From: Kiritimatiellia bacterium
Lineage (GTDB): Bacteria; Verrucomicrobiota; Kiritimatiellia; RFP12; UBA1067
Assembly (NCBI GenBank): GCA_017628165.1
Contig: JAGBZQ010000010.1
Coordinates: 1 to 33,931 of the forward strand
Direction of reading: 5' to 3'
DNA length: 33,931 nucleotides
Shown: piece by piece, positions 8,069 to 14,777 of the stretch
How the letters are laid out: each line of letters begins with the position of its first letter
How positions within the stretch are numbered: the first letter of the stretch is position 1
The notes under the pieces: generated by a model
Seen by the model: the letters and a program-made list of their open reading frames with translations, nothing else
Databases searched by the model: none
Told to the model about the DNA's origin: nothing
Position numbers and translations under genes: made by a program

Positions 8069-9015
8069 TTAGATTCCTCCTTCGCAGCAAAAACAATTGT
8101 GGAAACATTCAAAACCACTCTGAACGGCTCAACCGAAGAAGGGTCTGTAAGACACATTTTGTTGCGGCCGATCTCGGCCTCTTTCTCTTCGGCCGCTTTC
8201 TTATTTCTGCCGCCCTTGGCTCTGCCCTTTTTATCCTTTTCGCCATCTCCACCGATCGCCTGCAGAAGAGAATCGCGCGGCTGGTCAAAGGACATGGCGT
8301 CTACGGCGTAAAATCTTGTCTTGTCTGCGGCAAGCGCATTCAATACCTTTACGAGCGCGGCGGGCTTTGCAAGAAACTCGATTTCGTAAAGTTCTTCGCT
8401 GCACGGATATTTCTCACTCCCCGTCTTCTGGGAGGTCTGCCTTCTTCCGCGATGATTCCTTGTGATTGCTTCCGTTTCGGCGCTCTCATCCTTTGTAAGC
8501 ACCTTGACGGCAAGAAGCTCGGTAGCGCCCGAATCAAGAAGGATTTCCGTCATGGCCGAAACGTCGCCCCGGCGGCGGAAAAGCTTGGGCACATCCCGCT
8601 TAGCCGGAACCTTGCCGTTGATGTATTCGGCAAAAACTCCAAAGCCGAAATCCTCGGCTATGATTTTCTTCGCCGAATTCCGCGGAAGCGCCCTGAACTT
8701 GACGGCATCGGCGTACATCGTTTTCTGCAACGCATCCTTATCGGGCGTTTCCGCCAAGACGCCCCTGTTGGTCAAGGAAGCGTACGCGGCGATAGCCACA
8801 TCGGCAAGCGCCTTCATGTTGGCGCGCGCCTCGTTGCCGCTCTTGCGAGTGATCCCGCGCTTGCTCTCGCACACGGAGCGGCTGCCCGCCACATCATCGC
8901 GCGTTTCGGAGACATTCTCTGCTCCCACGTAAACCATTGCCAGAAGCGCAAGCGTGATCACGCCTGCAACGCCTCCGGCCACAGCCATCGTCAATTGATT
9001 TCTGTTCATTTCCAT
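8065..9015 (-). CDS. Amuc_1100-family pili-associated membrane protein (316 aa), in the PilO position
   Basis: It has one N-terminal TM helix (MAVAGGVAGVITLALLAMVYV). Its length and block order match my recollection of Akkermansia Amuc_1100 (317 aa). The matching blocks are FGFGVFAEY vs WLGFQVYS, EELYEIEFLAKPAALVKVLNAL vs PMPLEIAFQGDRESVLKAMNAI, a charged low-complexity segment, and then FRVVLNVSTIVF vs VFVQVSLNLVHF. It overlaps both neighbouring genes. Confidence 0.65.
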   Translation of the reverse strand: MEMNRNQLTMAVAGGVAGVITLALLAMVYVGAENVSETRDDVAGSRSVCESKRGITRKSGNEARANMKALADVAIAAYASLTNRGVLAETPDKDALQKTMYADAVKFRALPRNSAKKIIAEDFGFGVFAEYINGKVPAKRDVPKLFRRRGDVSAMTEILLDSGATELLAVKVLTKDESAETEAITRNHRGRRQTSQKTGSEKYPCSEELYEIEFLAKPAALVKVLNALAADKTRFYAVDAMSFDQPRDSLLQAIGGDGEKDKKGRAKGGRNKKAAEEKEAEIGRNKMCLTDPSSVEPFRVVLNVSTIVFAAKEESK

Positions 9016-10715
9016 TCCGACTCCTTGAACTGCAATTTCAACACAACCTCCTGAAGAGAGCCGCCCCTGCCTCTCGTGGGCGCTTCAGGCGTCTCTATCC
9101 CATCCTCGGTAAACGCAAGCGTCTTTTTCAGACGATCGCGGATAATCTTCTGGATCGTATCGCCGTTATTCTCCTTTGAGAGAGCCTCCGTGCGGTCCTT
9201 CCAACCGCGCACAACCACCTCGGTGAGCGTGATTTTCTTCTTCTCCTCTTCACCGCTCCTGTTGCGGCGGTGGCGGGTGGAATTCTGCGGCTGAGGAACA
9301 GCCACCTCTACGGTCTTTTCCTCCCACTTGGATATCCACATGTCAGGCTCTATGGCCTTGCGGACCGCGTCAAGGCGCATCAAGCACTTATCGCGCCGTT
9401 CAATGCGCTTGGCGAATTTTCCTGCCGCTTCCTTCTCCGCATTGAAAAGCTGAACCGACTCTGTATTGAATCGTTCATTGCCCGTAAGCATATCCGCTTC
9501 TTGAGAAAGACGCTCGCTCTCTTCGGTAAGCGCAGCCAATTCCGCCCGCTGGGCCACGAACCACGCCGCGCTCGCCACCACAAAGGCAACTGCGCCGGCG
9601 AGAACAAAAGGAATCCGTGCGGCCTCCTTCTTCGCCTCCACGATTGAAGGCGGAATCAGGTTCACCGAAATGTCCGCACTGCCTGAAGCCTGCAGAGCAA
9701 GGCCGGCGGTAGCTCCAAGAAGAACAACATCGGATCCGACAGACTCCGGGTCGGCCGACGATATCACATCAAGAGGATTCAAGAACTCGACTTCCACTCC
9801 AAGCGCATCCTGGAAGAACTCCCCGATCTGCGGCAAAAGCGCGGTTCCTCCGGTAAGGTAGAACTTCACCGGAGTTCCGCCGCCCTGCTGGCTGCGATAG
9901 AAATTGATGGACCTGTTAATCTCCGTCTGAAGCCGTGTCATCACGGAGCGGCAGACCTTGGAGATGCGATCGAGGGTTTCGTCCTCGTCCTCCGTTACGC
10001 CGCCCATGGAGACGTATGCGCTTGTAAGCTTGTAACTCTCGGCCTCCTCAAAAGTGCATCCGAGATTTTGCGCGATCTCCTTGGTGATTGTCCTGCCTGC
10101 CACAGGAATCGCGCGGTTGTAAAGCTTTTCGCCTTCAATTATGGAAAGTGAGGTGGTCTTGGATCCGATATCGACAATAACGGAACATTCTCCGGAATAT
10201 GCGGGATTCGCCTTTACAAGGTTCACCAGCGAAACGGGAGCAACGCTGATGATCTCGGGCTCGAGACCAGCCATCTTAACGGCCGCGGCGATGCTCTCCA
10301 CCTGCTCCACCTTGGTGGCCATGATCAGAACAGATTTATCGCCGTTTTCAGTGTCGCCAAGAACCTGATGGCCGCAGACCATGTCATCTATCGGGAAAGG
10401 AATGTTCTGCTCGATATCGCCGCGGACGAGCGAAGCGAACTTCTCGCTGTCGCCAACCATAGGAATAGCCACGGTGCGCAGAAACGCCATCTGCCCGGAA
10501 ACGGACACCGCCACTTTGCCCGGCTTCATGCCCTTCTCGCGCATAATGCCCTGAATGGCCGGCACGAGAATCATATCGGCGTTGCCTGCGTCTATATCGG
10601 CTGGAAGAGCTGCGCTTCCGTATTTGAGCAGCGCCGGAGTCTTCGCTCCTATATCATATTCTGCAAGGACTATTCCTGCAGCTCCGATATTGAGTGTTAA
10701 AATTTTCTTTCCCAT
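9006..10715 (-). CDS. pilM: Type IV pilus assembly protein PilM (actin-like ATPase fold) fused to a PilN-like TM and coiled-coil module (569 aa)
   Basis: The N-terminal ~345 aa are PilM/FtsA-like (ILTLNIGAAGIVLAEY, VIVDIGSKTTSLSII, FYLTGGTALLPQIGEFF). They are followed by the PilN hallmark VNLIPPSIVEAKKEAARIPFVLAGAVAFVVASAAWFV, then a coiled coil and a charged tail. Confidence 0.85.
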   Translation of the reverse strand: MGKKILTLNIGAAGIVLAEYDIGAKTPALLKYGSAALPADIDAGNADMILVPAIQGIMREKGMKPGKVAVSVSGQMAFLRTVAIPMVGDSEKFASLVRGDIEQNIPFPIDDMVCGHQVLGDTENGDKSVLIMATKVEQVESIAAAVKMAGLEPEIISVAPVSLVNLVKANPAYSGECSVIVDIGSKTTSLSIIEGEKLYNRAIPVAGRTITKEIAQNLGCTFEEAESYKLTSAYVSMGGVTEDEDETLDRISKVCRSVMTRLQTEINRSINFYRSQQGGGTPVKFYLTGGTALLPQIGEFFQDALGVEVEFLNPLDVISSADPESVGSDVVLLGATAGLALQASGSADISVNLIPPSIVEAKKEAARIPFVLAGAVAFVVASAAWFVAQRAELAALTEESERLSQEADMLTGNERFNTESVQLFNAEKEAAGKFAKRIERRDKCLMRLDAVRKAIEPDMWISKWEEKTVEVAVPQPQNSTRHRRNRSGEEEKKKITLTEVVVRGWKDRTEALSKENNGDTIQKIIRDRLKKTLAFTEDGIETPEAPTRGRGGSLQEVVLKLQFKESEWK

Positions 10716-10742
10716 ATTTTCGACCTGTCGGTTAATAGCTGC

Positions 10743-11489
10743 TTACTGGGCAACAACTTCGTAATCATTGGGGTTGACGAGCGCCCAAATCGTCTTGGAG
10801 CGATCCACGAGACCCTGACGGCGCTCGATCAAAGGATCGCCGGCGGCGTTTCTGGCATCCATAATCTTGGCGTCCTCCCACCACTTGGTGTGCGACGGAA
10901 GATTTCTGATTTCGCTTGCGCTGTCGCCTGCAAGAATCTCTCCCTCGGGATTCGTGATAACGACACCGACCGCCATAGGCGCGCCGTACCTTTCGTAATA
11001 CGAAGGAGGCAGGCAGACAGATGTGGCATGCGAACCTTTGGGGATGTTCATGTAAGTGACGGTGGTGGAGAAATAAGAATACTGCGCCATCTTGACGAGA
11101 TTGCCGGCGGCATCCTTTTCCTTCTCCTTCATCGTGGAGGTGTCAAGAAGGACATGCCATGTCACGGTGAGACGATCGAACCACTGGACGTTGGTTTCGA
11201 ACTTGCTCTCAAGAACAATCCACTTGCGATCCCTGGTGTTGCAGCGTCCGATTGCGCTTGCGCCTGGCACCGCAGGTGCGGAAAGAAGAGAGGCGGCATT
11301 CCTGCCGATCGTTTTGCGCAGCTCGTTACCGTCAAGGAACACCTTGGCACGCGAGGCCTGAGCAGCCTGAGCGGACACCTTAGTGGAAACACCGGCGCCA
11401 GAAGCTCTGCGGCGCGTCTGCGCATCAGCACTGCCGGCAACCATAACCCCTGCAAGAGCTGCTGTAATCAAAACAAGACTTTTGTTCAT
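10743..11489 (-). CDS. Secreted hypothetical protein (248 aa), first gene of the pilus-like cluster and the positional equivalent of Amuc_1102
   Basis: It has a Sec signal peptide (MNKSLVLITAALAGVMVAGSADA|Q) and a strong AAGGAGG RBS about 7 nt upstream. There is no prepilin G|F motif. I recognise no other motif. Confidence 0.7.
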   Translation of the reverse strand: MNKSLVLITAALAGVMVAGSADAQTRRRASGAGVSTKVSAQAAQASRAKVFLDGNELRKTIGRNAASLLSAPAVPGASAIGRCNTRDRKWIVLESKFETNVQWFDRLTVTWHVLLDTSTMKEKEKDAAGNLVKMAQYSYFSTTVTYMNIPKGSHATSVCLPPSYYERYGAPMAVGVVITNPEGEILAGDSASEIRNLPSHTKWWEDAKIMDARNAAGDPLIERRQGLVDRSKTIWALVNPNDYEVVAQ

Positions 11490-11516
11490 GGAATACCTCC
11501 TTCTTTTTTAAATTCT

Positions 11517-12509
11517 TTACAGCACCTTCATCTTTGGAAGGTCCTGGATATCAATAAGTCCAACCACGTGCCCGGCGTCATCGCACACCGGAAGATCGTC
11601 AATGCGCATTTTCTCGAAAACCTTGAGAAGCTCGGACGCATAAACGCTTTGCCTGACGAACATGGGCGAAGGCGTCATTACGGAAGAGACTTCAGCCTCG
11701 AGAAGCGAAGCCGCCTTCTCCGAGCCGTCGCTCACCAGACGGCGGAAATCCCCATCCGTGAAGATGCCCGCAAGAACACCATCTTCGCCGGCTATCACGG
11801 CAGATCCGGACTTCGCGCGCGTCATCGCCATAAGCGCGTCCATTACCTTTGCCCCGGGGCTTACCAAAGCAAGGCGGTCGCCCTTGCGCATGATATCCGC
11901 GGCCTTCATAACGAGAGCCCTTCCGATTGCTCCGGCGGGATGATTCATCGCATAATCCTCGATAGGAAATTTCTGCGCGTCGATAAGCACCATCGCAAGA
12001 GCGTCGCCCATAGCCATCGTGGCCGTGGTGGAGTTGGTGGGCGCCATCCCGAACGGACACGCCTCGCGTCCGCAGGGAATTTCAAGGTGGACGTCAGACA
12101 TCTCCGCGAGAGACGACGCCGGATTGCCCGTCATGGAAACAATCTTGAGCCCATGGCGGCGGATGGCCGGAACAAGCTTCAAAACCTCATCGCTCTCGCC
12201 GCTGAACGAAAGCGCCACAAGGATATCCTTAGCGGAAACCATCCCGAGATCGCCATGCATGGCCTGCACGGGATTAAGAACGATGGACCTTACGCCTGTA
12301 GACGCAAAAATGGCGCTCATCTTCTCGGCGATGTGAAGATTCTTCCCGACGCCCGAGACGACAACAATGCCGCCAGCGCGCGAACAGTCAAGAATCATCT
12401 TCACGGCATCCGTGAAGGCGCCGCCTATTGAATCGCGCGTACGCTTAAGCCCTTCGATCTCGACATCGAAGACCTCGTGCGCGCGGGATATCATTTCCGT
12501 TTCAGTCAT
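11517..12509 (-). CDS. kdsD: Arabinose-5-phosphate isomerase (KdsD/KpsF family, SIS domain plus two CBS domains)
   Basis: VVVSGVGKNLHIAEKMSAIFASTG, HGDLGMVSAKDILVALSFSGESDE, CPFGMAPTNSTTATMAMGDALA and NHPAGAIGR align closely with E. coli KdsD/GutQ. GIFTDGDFRR is followed by the CBS tail. Confidence 0.93.
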   Translation of the reverse strand: MTETEMISRAHEVFDVEIEGLKRTRDSIGGAFTDAVKMILDCSRAGGIVVVSGVGKNLHIAEKMSAIFASTGVRSIVLNPVQAMHGDLGMVSAKDILVALSFSGESDEVLKLVPAIRRHGLKIVSMTGNPASSLAEMSDVHLEIPCGREACPFGMAPTNSTTATMAMGDALAMVLIDAQKFPIEDYAMNHPAGAIGRALVMKAADIMRKGDRLALVSPGAKVMDALMAMTRAKSGSAVIAGEDGVLAGIFTDGDFRRLVSDGSEKAASLLEAEVSSVMTPSPMFVRQSVYASELLKVFEKMRIDDLPVCDDAGHVVGLIDIQDLPKMKVL

Positions 12510-12528
12510 TTTTCCTCTCGCACTTTTC

Positions 12529-13569
12529 TCAGCGCTTACTTCTGCTCTGGAGGAGCGTCACCGCAACCGTGCCTACAATATCCTCGGCAGAACATCCGCG
12601 CGAAAGATCGTTCATCGCCTTGGCAAGCCCTTGAAGGTTCGGACCGATCGCTTCGGCATGGCCGATACGCTGCGCGATCTTGTAGCCGATATTGCCAGAC
12701 TGGAGATCGGGGAAAATGAAGACGTTCGCATCGCCATGGATGGATCCGCTCGGATTCTTAAGCTGCCCCACTGAAGGAACAAACGCCGCGTCGAACTGAA
12801 GCTCTCCGTCCATATCGATGCGCGCTTCGGCGAAACGCGGACGCGCAAGCTCGACGGCCTTCTGCACCTTCTCGACAATCGGGCCCGCGGCGGAGCCCTT
12901 CGTCGAATACGAAAGAAACGCCACACGCGGCACTCCGCCGGTAAGATCACGGTAGGTCTTCGCCGTGGCAAGCGCGATATCTACAAGCTGCTCGGACGTA
13001 GGGTCGGGAATGACGGCGCAGTCGCCAAAGGCGAGAACCGTATCTCCGGACGGCGTAGGCTCAGCCAAATCCATAATGAAGCACGAGCTTGCCGTATGAA
13101 CCCCCGGCTCGGTGCCAAGCGTATGGAATGCCGCACGGAGCATATCGCCCGTGGAGGCGATCGAGCCCGCCACAAGCCCGTCGGCGCGGCCAAGCTTTAC
13201 CATCATTCCGCCAAAGTAGATGCGCTTCGTACGGAGCATCTGGGCCGCACCCTCAAGGTCGAGAAGCTTCTGCTTCTCCACCGGCTTCTTAAGCTCCTTC
13301 TCGTTCCAGGAATCGAGAAACGCTTTTTCAAGCTCGCTGTCGCCCTTGGTGTAATCGATGACTCTGATTCCGCGCGCGATAAGCGAAAGCCCGGCAGACG
13401 CCTCGGCAAGAGAAATCTCCTCGGGAGTGCCGAGAACTATCGGAGTACAAATCTTGCGGTCTGCACAAGCGCAGGCGGCGGTGACTACACGCGCGTCCAT
13501 GCCCTCCGGGAGAACGATCGTCCCGTGGAGCTTAGAAGCGTTTTCTATAATTGTTTTAATCGCGTTCAT
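12529..13569 (-). CDS. pta: Phosphate acetyltransferase (short PTA_PTB-only form, 346 aa)
   Basis: The motifs are GTIVLPEGMDARVV, VAGSIASTGDMLR, FGDCAVIPDPTSEQLVDIA, VAFLSYSTKGS, NVFIFPDLQSGNIGYKIAQR and LQGLAKAMNDLSRGCS. Confidence 0.93.
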   Translation of the reverse strand: MNAIKTIIENASKLHGTIVLPEGMDARVVTAACACADRKICTPIVLGTPEEISLAEASAGLSLIARGIRVIDYTKGDSELEKAFLDSWNEKELKKPVEKQKLLDLEGAAQMLRTKRIYFGGMMVKLGRADGLVAGSIASTGDMLRAAFHTLGTEPGVHTASSCFIMDLAEPTPSGDTVLAFGDCAVIPDPTSEQLVDIALATAKTYRDLTGGVPRVAFLSYSTKGSAAGPIVEKVQKAVELARPRFAEARIDMDGELQFDAAFVPSVGQLKNPSGSIHGDANVFIFPDLQSGNIGYKIAQRIGHAEAIGPNLQGLAKAMNDLSRGCSAEDIVGTVAVTLLQSRSKR

Positions 13570-13595
13570 TTAACTGTGTTTAAAATTTTCAATTT

Positions 13596-13644
13596 ACCAA
13601 TCGCTAACCACCAACAGCCAACCGCTAACGACTAACCGCTAACC
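13596..13644 (-). repeat. Degenerate tandem heptanucleotide repeat, 7 units, consensus GGTTRGY on the coding (minus) strand
   Basis: The minus strand reads GGTTAGC GGTTAGT CGTTAGC GGTTGGC TGTTGGT GGTTAGC GATTGGT. The first unit contains the ackA TAG stop codon. The repeat lies in the longest intergenic gap of the window (69 nt). Confidence 0.85.
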
Positions 13645-14766
13645 AAGCACACGCACGGTGTCGCGAGCGATCATAAGCTCCTCGTTAGTTGGAAGGATGA
13701 TCACGGGAATCTTCGAATCTTTCGTAGAGATGACAATCGTCTGGCCGCGCACCTTGTTGGCCTTCTTGTCAAGCTTGATTCCGAGAGCCCCGAGGCGTGA
13801 GACGATGCGCTCGCGCACTTCACTGGAGTTTTCGCCAATGCCGCCGGTCATGATGATGGCATCTGCACCGCCGACGACCGTGTTGTAAGCGCCGATGTAA
13901 AGAGCCATGCGATAAGCGAGCATTTCAAGGGCGAGCTCTGCCTGAGCGTCGCCACCTTTCGCCTTGGCCACGATGTCGCGGCAGTCGGTGGAGCCGGTGA
14001 GCGCAAGAAGGCCAGACTTCTTGTTGAGAAGCGTATCCATCTCAGCGGGTGTCTTGCCCTCGGCCTCCATGATAGAGAGGACGGCCGCTGTATCGATATC
14101 TCCGCAGCGCGTTCCCATGATAAGACCGGCAAGCGGAGTCAAGCCCATCGTGGTGTCGATGCACTCGCCGTTTTTAACGGCGGCGAAGGACGATCCGTTG
14201 CCCATGTGGCACGTGACGAGATTCACCTTGGAGAGAGGCTTCTTGAGGAACTTGGCGGCCTCCTGGGTGATGAACTTGTGTGAAGTGCCGTGGAAGCCGT
14301 ACTTGCGGATGCCCATCTTCTTGTAGTACTTCGGGTCGATAGCGTACATCGCCGCGCAGTCTGGCATCGTCTGATGGAAAGCCGTATCAAAGACAGCCAC
14401 GTTCGGAACGCCCTTGAAGATCTTCTCGCAGGCCTCGATGCCGCCGAGATTCGGCGGCATGTGAAGAGGCCCGAACTTGACGAGCTTCTTGAGAGTCCCC
14501 ATCACCTTGCCGGTCACCTTGACGGAATCCTTGAACGTTTCCGCGCCATGAAGGACGCGGTGTCCGATGGCATCAATGTCCTTCGGGGTGCCGAGCTCCT
14601 CGACCACCCGCTTGAGGGCCTCGGTATGATCCTTGGGCCCTCCGCATCCGATGCGCTCCACGAGCCCCTTAGCAAGGCGCTCACCCTTCTTCATGGAGAA
14701 AAGCTGATACTTAAGCGAGCTCGACCCAGAATTTATTACGAGAACTTTATCAATTGCCTTTTTCAT
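13639..14766 (-). CDS. ackA: Acetate kinase (375 aa)
   Basis: The motifs are VLVINSGSSSLKYQLF, AIGHRVLHGAETF, VFDTAFHQTMP, YGFHGTSHKF, CHMGNGSSF and IIMTGGIGENS. It forms an ackA-pta pair. Confidence 0.95.
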   Translation of the reverse strand: MKKAIDKVLVINSGSSSLKYQLFSMKKGERLAKGLVERIGCGGPKDHTEALKRVVEELGTPKDIDAIGHRVLHGAETFKDSVKVTGKVMGTLKKLVKFGPLHMPPNLGGIEACEKIFKGVPNVAVFDTAFHQTMPDCAAMYAIDPKYYKKMGIRKYGFHGTSHKFITQEAAKFLKKPLSKVNLVTCHMGNGSSFAAVKNGECIDTTMGLTPLAGLIMGTRCGDIDTAAVLSIMEAEGKTPAEMDTLLNKKSGLLALTGSTDCRDIVAKAKGGDAQAELALEMLAYRMALYIGAYNTVVGGADAIIMTGGIGENSSEVRERIVSRLGALGIKLDKKANKVRGQTIVISTKDSKIPVIILPTNEELMIARDTVRVLG

Positions 14767-14777
14767 AACTTTTCTTT

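Noticed and set aside
13570-13600. A sigma70-like promoter for pta in the AT-rich part of the ackA-pta gap
   Set aside because: The candidate hexamers (TTGAAA and TTAAAT) have a 13-nt spacer, and other combinations are poor matches. Nothing approaches the quality of the TTGAAC-N17-TATAAT element upstream of the secretin gene.
13596-13644. The heptamer array as a phase-variable slipped-strand tract or a telomere-like sequence
   Set aside because: The units are degenerate (no two adjacent units are identical), so slippage is unlikely. The array is intergenic except for the ackA stop codon. The similarity to TTAGGG-type repeats is superficial.
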